Under the pieces are notes generated by a model that saw only the letters and a program-made list of their open reading frames with translations, had not been told where the DNA came from and did not search any database. The translations under genes and the position numbers were made by a program. This document shows positions 46,504 through 55,592 of a DNA stretch of 64,000 bases, piece by piece (positions within the stretch are counted from its first letter, which is position 1; each line of letters opens with the position of its first letter). The DNA comes from an uncultured delta proteobacterium (GTDB taxonomy: Bacteria > Myxococcota > Myxococcia > Myxococcales > Anaeromyxobacteraceae), in contig CAWFDF010000009.1 in assembly GCA_963814585.1 (NCBI GenBank), positions 273,624 through 337,623 on the forward strand, written 5' to 3'.

Positions 46504-47671
46504 TCAGGGGCCCCGTGGACTGCGAAGTCCGCGGGGCCTCAACGTTCCCGGGGTCGGTGGCGCGGTCACCGGCAGGGCGGCCCGGGAGGCACGGGTCGCG
46601 GTCCCCGTCGGCTCTTCTTCCCTGGAGTTCCCTGGAGTTCCCCGGGGACCTTCGGAGCGACCGCCCGGATCAGCAGCGCCTCGCCGCAGCGTCTCGGAGG
46701 GGAGCTCCCCGAAGCAGTCCCTGTAGTCGCGCGAGAACTCGCCGAAGTGCGAGAAGCCGCCGTTGAGCGCCTCGATCGAGACCGTGGTCGAGCCGCGAGT
46801 CGCCGCCCGCAGGGCCTGGCGCACGCGGTGCAGCCTCAGCCGCCGCAGGAAGGCGATCGGGCTCAGGTGCATGACCTTCGCGAAGGCGTACTCCAGCGTG
46901 CGCTCGCTCACCCCGAGCGCGACACAGAGGTCCCCCACGTAGAGGTGGTCGCCGAGGTGCGCCGCGGCGTGGTCCTCGGCGAGCTTGACGATTCGGCCGT
47001 GGCCCTCGAGCGTCCGATCGCCGCGGCCGTACCGGGGGGCCTCGCCCGCGTCGAGGGCCGCGCGCAGCAGGCGCAGGAGCGCGCCCGGGCAGCTTCCGGG
47101 GCCGCCCTCCCGGTGGCGAAGCGCGCTGGTCGCTGCGCGGCCAGGTGGGCGAGGCGCTTGCCCCACTCGAACAGGTCGAGGGATCGAGGCTCGGCCACCC
47201 TGAGGAACCGGGCCTCCGGCGGTGCAGGCATGGACCTGCGCCACCATCCAGCGAGCTGCGACCTCATGAGGGCCGGCGGGACCAGGATGGCCACGCTCTC
47301 GTACCCGGGCTCGGCGATGATGTCGACCCGGGAACCGGCGGTCGCCACCAGCAGCTGGTCAGGCCGGGCCGCCACGCCGTTCAGCGTCCCCCTGCTGCGG
47401 GGGCCGAAGGCCGAGAAGACCAGCAGGTCATCCTGCAGCGCCGTGCGGACCCGCATCCGCAGGTTGGTCGAGTGGTAGATGACCAGGCAGTCCAACAGCC
47501 GAACGGCCAGCTCTCCTCGCACCGGAGGGGTCGCCTCTCCAGCTGCACCAGGTCCTGGTCGAGGGTCTCGAGGCTCCCCCCGGGGGCGGTGGGGTCGGTG
47601 ATCTCGGCCACCTCGACGCCAGCGGCGGAAGCGGGACCCCTCGCGGCAGGGCGCTGTGGCGGCGGCATCAT
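46504..47671 (-). pseudogene. AraC-family (EutR-like) regulator with two frameshifts (near 47522 and 47085; real or sequencing error)
   Basis: C-terminal DLCVALGVSERTLEYAF...LRLHRVR...GFSHFGEFSRDYRDCFGELPSETL; N-terminal domain split over two other frames. Confidence 0.75.
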
Positions 47672-47814
47672 TCCTTGCGGATATCCGATAGCCGGTTCAT
47701 GCCGGCGGTCCCTACACTGCTCCGGGCTGACGGCCAACGGTACCCCGGGGGGGCTCGCCCGTCCCCGAATCTCTTCGCTCCCACCACTGACCGGTTCGAC
47801 TGGAGGACTCCGTC

Positions 47815-48609
47815 GTGAAGACCACCACGCCTCTCGCGCTCCTCGCCTCCCTGTTTCTCGGAACAGCGGCAAGCGCCCAGGTCCCCGCGCCGCCACCCGA
47901 TCCCGGCTCCCCGGCACCGCCCGCCACCGCGGTGGCGGCGAAGGCTCCGGCGGCCATGGCGCTCGTCAAGAAGATGAGCGACCGCCTGCGAGCGGCCCCG
48001 ACCTTCACGGTCAAGGGGCGGACCTCGCTGGAGCTGCCCGTGGCCGGTGGGGCGCTGGCCACCTTCTACAGCGACTTCGACATGGCGGTGCGGCGCCCGG
48101 ACGGCCTGGCGGCGCGGCGGGGCGGCGACCTGCCTGAGTTCCGTTTTGCCTACGACGGGAAGGCGATGACCATCCACGTGCCGGGGAACAAGGCCTGGGC
48201 GACGACGGACGCGCCCGCCACCCTCGACGCCATGCTGGTGGCCGCGGGGGAGAAGGGGGGCCTGGACCTTCCCTTCGACGAGCTGCTGGTGGCCGACCCC
48301 TGGGCCGCCATCACCTCGGGGGTCACCGACGCCGTGGTGGCCGGGCCGGCCGTCTTCCAGGGGAAGAAGGTGGAGCACGTGGTGCTGACGGGCGCGGCCC
48401 TCCGGCTGGAGTACTGGATTAATCCCGCCTCGGCGCTGCCGGTCCGGTCGCTGGTGGTCTACCTCGACCACCCGCTCCAGCCGCACTTCCTGGTCGAGTT
48501 CTCCGGCTGGAAGTTCGAGAAGAAGCTGCCCGACTCCACCTTCGTCCTGCCCAGGCCCGCGGGTGCCACCCAGGTCGACTTCCGCGAAGCCGCCACCGCC
48601 TACCGGTAG
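47815..48609 (+). CDS. DUF2092 (LolA-fold-like) periplasmic protein
   Basis: Signal peptide; KMSDRLRAAPTFTV, VRRPDGL, FAYDGKAMT, EYWI. Confidence 0.8.
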   Translation: MKTTTPLALLASLFLGTAASAQVPAPPPDPGSPAPPATAVAAKAPAAMALVKKMSDRLRAAPTFTVKGRTSLELPVAGGALATFYSDFDMAVRRPDGLAARRGGDLPEFRFAYDGKAMTIHVPGNKAWATTDAPATLDAMLVAAGEKGGLDLPFDELLVADPWAAITSGVTDAVVAGPAVFQGKKVEHVVLTGAALRLEYWINPASALPVRSLVVYLDHPLQPHFLVEFSGWKFEKKLPDSTFVLPRPAGATQVDFREAATAYR

Positions 48610-48620
48610 AGGAGCCGCCC

Positions 48621-48986
48621 ATGCGCACCAGCACGCTTGCCGCCGCCGGCCTCCTGGCCACCCTGGCCGCCCCCGGGCCCGCCGAGGCGGTCGTCGTCGT
48701 CCGTCACCGGGGGTTCCACCCGGTCGCCGTCGTCGCCACGGTGGCGGTGGTCGCGGTGGTGGTGGCCAAGCCGCCGCCCACGCCGCCGCCGCCGCCGACC
48801 GCCCCGCCGCCGCCGCCGGTGACCACCCCCCTGCCCATCGACGCCACCATGTGGGTGCTGCCGTCGGGCTGCCTGAAGATGGCCATCAAGGGCGAGCCCC
48901 TCTACCAGTGCGGGCCGAGCTGGATGAAGCAGCAGCAGAGCGAGAAGGGGCCGTACTACCAGGTCGTTCCTCCGCCCAGTCCCTGA
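48621..48986 (+). CDS. Small secreted Pro-rich protein
   Basis: Signal peptide, PPP linker, VLPSGC...YQCGPSW...YQVVPPP. Confidence 0.7.
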   Translation: MRTSTLAAAGLLATLAAPGPAEAVVVVRHRGFHPVAVVATVAVVAVVVAKPPPTPPPPPTAPPPPPVTTPLPIDATMWVLPSGCLKMAIKGEPLYQCGPSWMKQQQSEKGPYYQVVPPPSP

Positions 48987-49076
48987 GCGGGCCGCCGGAG
49001 CCGCGGCTCGAGATCGGGTGGTGGGCGCTTGATGGCCACCGAAGAACTTCATCGACGCATCGGGAGGGAGCCGAAC

Positions 49077-50912
49077 ATGGAGATGGCACGGGAGCACGCG
49101 GTGGCCGGCCGGCCTGGCCGGATGGCGAGAGCGCTGGGCCTCATCGGGATGGCCGGCGTGGTCGCGGCGTTCGCCGCCCCGCCCCTCGCGTCCGCCGCGG
49201 ACGCACCGAGGCGACCGAACATCGTCATCTTCGTCGCCGACGACATGGGGTTCTCCGACCTCGGCGTCTTCGGCAGCGAGATCAAGACCCCGAACCTCGA
49301 CGCGCTGGGGCGGGAGGGCGTGCGCTTCACGCAGTTCTACACGCACGCCAGCTGCTCGCCCACGCGCTCGGTCCTGCTGAGCGGCGTCGACACCCACCTG
49401 AACGGCCTCGGCAACATGGACGAGTGGACGGCGCCCAACCAGTGGGGCGTGGACGGCTACGAGGGGCTCCTCAACGACCGGGTGGTGACGCTGCCGCAGC
49501 TGCTCAAGGAGTCCGGCTACCACACCTACATGGTCGGCAAGTGGCACCTGGGCAAGTCCCCCAACCAGATCCCGGCCGCGCGCGGCTTCGAGCGCGACTT
49601 CTCCCTGCTCGACGGGGCGGCCAGCTACTGGGACATGACCAACTTCACGGCGGCCGCGCCCAAGACGGTCTTCACCGAGGACGGGCGCTACCTGACCCGG
49701 CTCCCCAAGGACTACTACGCGACCAAGACCTACACGGACAAGCTGATCGGCTTCATCGACGCCAACCGCCGCGACGGCAAGCCCTTCTTCGCCTACGTCG
49801 CCCACCAGGCGCCGCACGACCCGTACCACCTCCCCAAGGAATGGCGCAGCCGTCACGTCGGCGAGTACGACAAGGGCTGGGACACGGTGAGGCAGGAGCG
49901 GCTGGAGCGGCAGATCGGGCTCGGCATCGTCCCGGCGGGCACCAGGCTCGCCGAGCGGATGTGGTTCCTGCCCGACCCGGTGGTGCTGGCGCCCGCGACC
50001 AGGGCCATCCTCGGCAAGAAGATGGAGCTCTACGCCGGCATGATGGAGAACCTCGACTTCCACGCCGGGCGCCTGGTCGCCCACCTCAAGGAGATCGGCG
50101 AGTACGAGAACACCATCTTCGTGGTCTTCGGCGACAACGGCGCCGAGGGGACCGACCTCTTCGCCATGATCGCCGGGAAGCCGGGAACCCGGGACTACCT
50201 CTTCGCGGCGGCCAACTGGTCGCAGACCCACCCCAACGCATGGGGCGACCCGGGCTCCTACGTCGGCTACGGCCCGATGTGGGCCCAGGTGTCGATGACG
50301 CCCTTCAGCCAGTACAAGGGCTGGGTCGCCGAGGGCGGCATCCGCAACGCGCTCATCGTCAGCGGCCCGGCCGTCAAGCGGGCCAAGGGGAGCATCAACA
50401 ACGGGGTCATGCACGTGGCCGACCTCATGCCGACGCTGCTCGAGATCGCCGGGACCAGCTACCCGAAGACCCACGGTGGGCGCGAGATGCCTCCCCTCGC
50501 CGGCACGTCCTGGGGCCCGGTGCTGTCGGGCCAGGCCGAGTCGGCGCGGACCGACCAGGACATCCTGGCCTGGGAGATCTTCGGGAACCGCGCCGTCCGC
50601 CAGGGCGACTGGAAGCTCCGCTGGCAGTGGCGCCCGTTCGGCAAGGGGGAGTGGGAGCTCTTCAACGTGGTGGCCGATCCCGCCGAGCTGAAGGACCTCG
50701 CGGCGGAGCGGCCCGACAAGCTGAAGGCGATGCTGGCCAACTGGGACGGCTACGTCCGGGCCAACAACGTGATCCTGCCGAGCCGCTCGCCGTTCGAGAC
50801 GCTCGAGGACCAGCTCCCGAAGCGCGTCCCGGTCGACCCGGGCTTCCCGCCGCTCATCTACAAGCGGCAGTTCGTTCCGCCCAAGGACATGATGGCGGAC
50901 CCCAAGCCGTGA
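49077..50912 (+). CDS. Arylsulfatase (Cys-type, formylglycine-dependent)
   Basis: RPNIVIFVADDMGFSD, CSPTRSVLLSG, GKWHLG, APHDP, GDNG, YKGWVAEGGIR. Confidence 0.95.
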   Translation: MEMAREHAVAGRPGRMARALGLIGMAGVVAAFAAPPLASAADAPRRPNIVIFVADDMGFSDLGVFGSEIKTPNLDALGREGVRFTQFYTHASCSPTRSVLLSGVDTHLNGLGNMDEWTAPNQWGVDGYEGLLNDRVVTLPQLLKESGYHTYMVGKWHLGKSPNQIPAARGFERDFSLLDGAASYWDMTNFTAAAPKTVFTEDGRYLTRLPKDYYATKTYTDKLIGFIDANRRDGKPFFAYVAHQAPHDPYHLPKEWRSRHVGEYDKGWDTVRQERLERQIGLGIVPAGTRLAERMWFLPDPVVLAPATRAILGKKMELYAGMMENLDFHAGRLVAHLKEIGEYENTIFVVFGDNGAEGTDLFAMIAGKPGTRDYLFAAANWSQTHPNAWGDPGSYVGYGPMWAQVSMTPFSQYKGWVAEGGIRNALIVSGPAVKRAKGSINNGVMHVADLMPTLLEIAGTSYPKTHGGREMPPLAGTSWGPVLSGQAESARTDQDILAWEIFGNRAVRQGDWKLRWQWRPFGKGEWELFNVVADPAELKDLAAERPDKLKAMLANWDGYVRANNVILPSRSPFETLEDQLPKRVPVDPGFPPLIYKRQFVPPKDMMADPKP

Positions 50913-50974
50913 GCGCCGCCAGGCCGGGAGGCAGCCAGGATGAACGGAGTTCCTTTGACGACGACGGGGGTCCG

Positions 50975-51952
50975 ATGAGCCCGATGAGATCGTTCCGGTT
51001 GGTCTTCGCCGCGCTGGTGGTGATGGGCGCGCTCCTCCCGGGCGCGTCGCACGCCCAGGTGCCGGCGCGCTTCTACTGGAAGACGCTGGCGGGCGCGAAC
51101 GCGGTGCCGCTCATCTTCAACTCGCTGAGCGGCAACACCAACCCGTTCGACCCCGCGCACACGGTGGCGGCCGGGGCGGAGGTCGACGCCACGCTGGTCC
51201 TGGCGGGGTACGCCAAGGTCTTCCCGCTCTTCGACCGCTCGGCCATGGCGGCGTTGCTCGTGCCCAGCGGGCGGATCACGGGGTCGGTCACGGCGGGCGT
51301 GACCACGGTCACCGAGTCGACCAGGGGGTTCGGCGACCCGATGCTCGAGTTCAACATCAACGTCCTCGGCCCGCGGGCGCAGAAGGGCATCCCCGACGTC
51401 CTCCGCTACGAGCCGGGCTTCTCCATCGACCTGCTCGCCGACCTGGCCGTCCCGCTCGGCGAGTACGACAGCAGCCAGGCCCTCAACATCGGCCAGAACC
51501 GGTGGTACGGGCGGGTGGGGCTGCCGGTGGTCTGGCAGCTCGGCGCCTGGGTGCCGGGCCGGCGCACCACCCTGGAGCTGCTGCCCGCCGTCTGGCTCTT
51601 CGGCCCCAACGACGACTACGTCGGGAAGAAGCTGGAGACCGACCCGATGTTCCAGGTCGACGCGCACCTGACTCGCGACCTGACCGAGCACCTCTGGGTG
51701 GCGCTCGACGGGGCCTGGTACGTCGGCGGCCAGGCGACCGTCGACGGCGTCAAGGGCGAGAAGCTCAACAACCTCGGGATCGGCTTCACCCTCGGGTACG
51801 GGATCAACGACAACCTAAACCTGACCGTCGGCTACAAGTCGACCATCAACGACGGCGCCCCCGACGCGCTCCGGATGGACGGCCTCATGGTCTCGCTGGT
51901 CTACGGCTGGCACCCGGTCATCGAAGGAATGCACCGCCTGAAGAGCGAGTAG
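50975..51952 (+). CDS. Outer-membrane transporter (MetA-pathway/SphA-like beta-barrel)
   Basis: Signal peptide; GFGDP, PLGEYDSSQALNIGQNRW, DPMFQVDAHLTRD. Confidence 0.8.
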   Translation: MSPMRSFRLVFAALVVMGALLPGASHAQVPARFYWKTLAGANAVPLIFNSLSGNTNPFDPAHTVAAGAEVDATLVLAGYAKVFPLFDRSAMAALLVPSGRITGSVTAGVTTVTESTRGFGDPMLEFNINVLGPRAQKGIPDVLRYEPGFSIDLLADLAVPLGEYDSSQALNIGQNRWYGRVGLPVVWQLGAWVPGRRTTLELLPAVWLFGPNDDYVGKKLETDPMFQVDAHLTRDLTEHLWVALDGAWYVGGQATVDGVKGEKLNNLGIGFTLGYGINDNLNLTVGYKSTINDGAPDALRMDGLMVSLVYGWHPVIEGMHRLKSE

Positions 51953-52005
51953 CGCGACCGGGCCCCGGTGACGCGGGGCTCGCCGGGAGCGCACGCCGAC
52001 CAGCC

Positions 52006-52419
52006 ATGGACAGGAACGCGACCAGCTCGGCGACCGTGGAGCCCGCAATCGACCGGACCGCCTTGGCCCGGCTCCGGACGCAGCTCGCGCTCGACCGCAC
52101 CACCTTGGCCTGGATCCGGACCACGCTCACCATGGCCACGTTCGGCTTCGGCATGGTCGGGTTCTTCCGCTCGCTGAGGGAGAAGTCCCCGACCCCGGAG
52201 GCCGTCCACCTGCACGAGGCCGCCATCCGCTTCGGCGTCTCCCTCATCGTGCTGGGCACCCTGGCCACCGTGCTGGCCGGACTCTCCCACTGGTTCGTGC
52301 TGCGGCGCCTGCGGCGCGGTGCACCCGTCGTCCTGACGCAGTGGCCCTTGAGCATCGTGCTGGCCATGCTGCTCTCGGTCGTCGGGCTGACGTCGCTGTG
52401 GACCTTGCTGATGCGTTGA
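52006..52419 (+). CDS. DUF202/YidH family membrane protein
   Basis: RTQLALDRTTLAWIRTTL...FGF. Confidence 0.88.
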   Translation: MDRNATSSATVEPAIDRTALARLRTQLALDRTTLAWIRTTLTMATFGFGMVGFFRSLREKSPTPEAVHLHEAAIRFGVSLIVLGTLATVLAGLSHWFVLRRLRRGAPVVLTQWPLSIVLAMLLSVVGLTSLWTLLMR

Positions 52420-52446
52420 ACTCGTGGACGGGACACCGGGGGTGGC

Positions 52447-53763
52447 ATGTCGGTCCGAACGGCGCCGTGGCTGTCGATGGTCCTGGCCCTGGCGGTGGGC
52501 GTCGCCGCGGCTCCGCGCGCCTCCGCCGAGGACCCCTGCGCCGCCGACGTGAGGCGGTTCTGTCCCGACGCGGAGCCGGCGAGCGCCGTCCTGACGGGCT
52601 GCCTCCGGGAGCACGAGACCAGGATCTCGGCCTCCTGCCGCGAGAAGCTCGACTCGGACGCGATCCGGGCGAGGAAGTTCATCGAGGAGTTCGGGCGGTC
52701 CTGCCGCCCTGACGTGGAGCAGTTCTGCGGGGGCATCGAGCCGGGCCAGGGCCGCGTGCTGGGGTGCCTCGCCCAGCACCAGGTCGAGCTCTCGCCCGCC
52801 TGCGAGGCCGAGATGAAGCGGATCAACGAGGCCCGGGAGCGGGTGGCCAGCGTCCGGCGAGCCTGCACGGCCGACGTCGAGCGGCTCTGCCAGGGCGTGC
52901 CGTCCAGGACCGGGCCCCTGCTGGAGTGCCTCAGGGCCAACGAGGCGAGGCTCTCGAGCGGCTGCAGCGCGACCGGCCTCCGCGAGGCGATGGACGCCGG
53001 GACCCTGGTCGCAGTCGCCGAGGAGATGAGCGGCCAGGACCGGATCCGCGAGGCCCTCCAGATCCTGCAGGGGATCGACTCCGTCGCCTTCTCCCGCAGC
53101 CAGATCCTCCTCCAGTTCGACAGCTTTGAGGGGTTCAAGCAGCAGGCCAACGCCAGCCGCCTCCTCTTCAATCCGCAGTTCGTGTTCGGCGACCGCCGCG
53201 AGTTCTCCCTCCAGCTCAAGGTCCCGGTCTCGACCTTCTACCCCTACGACGCGAGCGCACCGACCCAGTCCGGCCTGGGCTCGATCAACACCTCCCTGGC
53301 CTGGAACTTCCTCGCCGGCAAGCAGCTGCGCCAGTACCTCGCGCTCGGCGTGCAGTGGCAGACGGCGTCGACCGGGGCCGCCGGTGGCCCCTGGGCCCTG
53401 GCTCCATCCTATGCCGTCGCCGTGGGCCTGATGCGAGGCGTGTCGCTCACCGTGCAGGTCGCCTGGATCCGCTCCGTGGTGTCGGCCCCGCCCAGCGCCG
53501 AGATGAACCTGCTGCTGCTCGAGCCCATCCTGGTGTTCGCCCTCCCCGGCCGGTCGTTCCTGGCGCTCGACACCAGGTTCGGCTGGGACTTCGCCAGGGA
53601 CACCTTCCTTCCGCTGGTGAAGGGCGTGGCCGGCCTCTTCGTGGACCGCCAGAAGTCGCTCTCCATCTCGGCCTGGTACCAGGCGTCGCTCACCAGCGCC
53701 GCCGAGGCCCAGACCTTCGACTACGGGGTCGGCCTCGGCCTCGCCTACTACTTCGACTGGTGA
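52447..53763 (+). CDS. Secreted protein: three Cys-rich repeats fused to a beta-barrel-like C-terminus
   Basis: Three CxxDVxx(F/L)C...CL...SxxC units; C-terminal amphipathic strands ending GLGLAYYFDW. Confidence 0.8.
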   Translation: MSVRTAPWLSMVLALAVGVAAAPRASAEDPCAADVRRFCPDAEPASAVLTGCLREHETRISASCREKLDSDAIRARKFIEEFGRSCRPDVEQFCGGIEPGQGRVLGCLAQHQVELSPACEAEMKRINEARERVASVRRACTADVERLCQGVPSRTGPLLECLRANEARLSSGCSATGLREAMDAGTLVAVAEEMSGQDRIREALQILQGIDSVAFSRSQILLQFDSFEGFKQQANASRLLFNPQFVFGDRREFSLQLKVPVSTFYPYDASAPTQSGLGSINTSLAWNFLAGKQLRQYLALGVQWQTASTGAAGGPWALAPSYAVAVGLMRGVSLTVQVAWIRSVVSAPPSAEMNLLLLEPILVFALPGRSFLALDTRFGWDFARDTFLPLVKGVAGLFVDRQKSLSISAWYQASLTSAAEAQTFDYGVGLGLAYYFDW

Positions 53764-53802
53764 CGGGAGTCCCTCACCACGCAGCCTTCGAGGCCCCAGG
53801 TG

Positions 53803-54090
53803 CTAGCGCTCCATGGCCGTTGCGGCCGAACGTCGCAACGTCGCGACGCACCAGGCGGCCATGAGCGCGTGTACCAGGGCGGCCGGCCAGAGGCCGCTGC
53901 CGGACAGCCCCAGCCCCAGGCCTGCGTGGACGAGGACCGCCAGGATGCCAGCGTTGTAGACCACCATCCCGCTGACCACCCCCATGGCGGCGCGGCCGGG
54001 CCCGTCGTGGCGCGCACGCCAGCAGGCGCTTCCAAGCGCGAGCAGCGCCACACCAGCGACGCGCGCGACGGTCGCCGCCGCTGGCGATGC
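53803..54090 (-). pseudogene. 5'-truncated membrane protein
   Basis: RVAGVALLALGSACW...GMVVYN...LWPAALVHALMAAWC; no proper start, joins the HTH pseudogene. Confidence 0.6.
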
Positions 54091-54272
54091 TGGATGCCGG
54101 CCATCGCGCCGACTTGCCGTTGCGTCAGTCCGCGCGCCTTCCGAAGCTAGAAGACCTCCAGCGCGAGCCGGTGGAAGGCACCGAACGCTCCGAACTCAGC
54201 GAGTGCCATCGGTCCACCGAGCCGGGCCTCCGCCACCAGCTCCTTCATGAAGTCATCGAACTCGCGGCTCAT
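54088..54272 (-). pseudogene. Second HTH antitoxin-like gene, with a nonsense codon and 3' truncation
   Basis: MSREFDDFMKEL...RLALEVF*LRKARGLTQRQVGAMAGIQ, paralog of 44804..45172; TAG at 54147-54149. Confidence 0.8.
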
Positions 54273-54631
54273 GCTGCGCCCCTGCGGGATGGTGCCGACT
54301 GCCTCGCCGCCGAACGCGGCGCCGTCTTCCGCCGGCCGCTCGTCGCTGGCGAGAGGCGCAGCTCGGCGCCGAGGCAACGGGCCATGGCGCTCAGCGTCTG
54401 CAGCGTCGGGTTGGCCCGCCCTCCCTCGATGCGGCTGATCTCGCTCTGCTGAATCCCGGACGTGGCCGCCAGCTGCCGCTGGGTCAACCCGCGCCGCCTG
54501 CGAAGGAGGATGAGCTCGGCGGCCAGCTCGAACTGGGCCTTCATGGCCGCTGCTTCGGCGACGGCCGCGGGGCCCTCCCGGCGAGTCTCCTCCTCGAGCT
54601 CCTTCATGAAGTCGCTGAACTTGGTTCCCAT
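54269..54631 (-). CDS. XRE/HigA-like HTH antitoxin
   Basis: LRRRRGLTQRQLAATSGIQQSEISRIEGGRANPTLQTL; downstream of the RelE-like gene. Confidence 0.88.
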   Translation of the reverse strand: MGTKFSDFMKELEEETRREGPAAVAEAAAMKAQFELAAELILLRRRRGLTQRQLAATSGIQQSEISRIEGGRANPTLQTLSAMARCLGAELRLSPATSGRRKTAPRSAARQSAPSRRGAA

Positions 54632-54684
54632 GGCGGGGCTCCTCGCGGTGCCGGGTGCGAATATGGGCTTTAAACCATCACCGG

Positions 54685-55065
54685 TCAACCGCGCTGGTCG
54701 CGCCCCAACCGGACCTGCCAGTCCTTGAGCCGGGCCCTGGCCAGCGCGATCTCGGCGCTCTGGCGCCTGGGCGATGGGTGCTCGCCCTTGTCGTAGCCGC
54801 CCACCAGCAGGAGGAGCCTGTCCCCGTGGGCGTGGCAGAAGACCCGGAGGAGGATGCGCCCGGCCTCCTCACGCGCGCCGGCCGGGTCGCGCAAGTCCCG
54901 GCGCAGCCGGAACTCGAACAGGCCTCCGCAGAGCTGCTGCAGGACGGTGTTCATGGCGTAGCCGAGCGCCTTCCGCTTCGCGAGCGTCAACTCCTCGCGG
55001 AGCCACCGAAGGACCGGCTGATCGCCGCTTGCGTCCTCGTAGAACTCGAGCGCGTAGGCCGGCAT
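54685..55065 (-). CDS. RelE/ParE-superfamily (HigB/Gp49-like) toxin
   Basis: LEFYEDASGDQPVLRWL, GLFEFRL, LRVFCHAHGDRLLLLVGGYDK, EIALAR. Confidence 0.8.
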   Translation of the reverse strand: MPAYALEFYEDASGDQPVLRWLREELTLAKRKALGYAMNTVLQQLCGGLFEFRLRRDLRDPAGAREEAGRILLRVFCHAHGDRLLLLVGGYDKGEHPSPRRQSAEIALARARLKDWQVRLGRDQRG

Positions 55066-55223
55066 GCCGCTGGATCCGAGCATGGGGCCCTGTCACTCAT
55101 CGTCGAGGAACAGGGAGAGCTGCCCGCTCCCCGCTTCCTCCTGACACAATTCTGCTTCAGTCGCCGCCTTCGCCCGCCGCTTCTCCAGCGGATCCCGGGG
55201 CCTTGGCCACTCACCTACCAGGC

Positions 55224-55268
55224 CTGAAAATCCCCGTGTCCCTGGTTCGAATTCGAATCCAGGCATCA
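55224..55268 (+). repeat. tRNA-Phe 3' direct repeat (attR2)
   Basis: 41/45 identical to 40977-41021 by hand count, starting in the anticodon loop. Confidence 0.92.
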
Positions 55269-55592
55269 TCATCTCGTCCGACATCTCGGCCCCGCGACGC
55301 TGCAGAGCATGGCGGGGCCACTTGCGCTGAGGGTCGCCCGCGCGACGGACCAGGTGGCCGAGGTGCGGACCCGGAAGTCCGGGGACTTGCGGGAATTCGG
55401 CCGCGCCGCAGACGATCGGGGCGGCCCTGAAAGAATTACTCTCGGTCGGGTCCAGGGTCTGCAAGGTCGGGCGTGCTGCCCCCGGGACGGGTCGGCCGGG
55501 GCAAGGAGGCAGGTACCCTGAACGGGGATTGAAGGCCGATGGCCTCCGTGCTGGTCTGCGGGAACACCACGACACCGACGGGAGCGAGAACC

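Larger units (their letters stand above)
43404..55268. mobile_element. Second, integrase-less island layer (TA remnants and sulfatase cluster)
   Basis: Ends in a near-perfect tRNA-Phe 3' copy at 55224-55268; contains pseudogenes, TA genes and repeated att-flank sequence. Confidence 0.65.

Noticed and set aside
48770..48820. GCC/CCG microsatellite-like runs (also 33200-33900)
   Set aside because: Explained by polyproline coding.
41019..55268. Prophage or conjugative element
   Set aside because: No capsid, terminase, tail, relaxase or T4SS genes recognisable.
55224..55268. Second tRNA-Phe gene
   Set aside because: Lacks the 5' half and has a disrupted T-stem; it is an att remnant.
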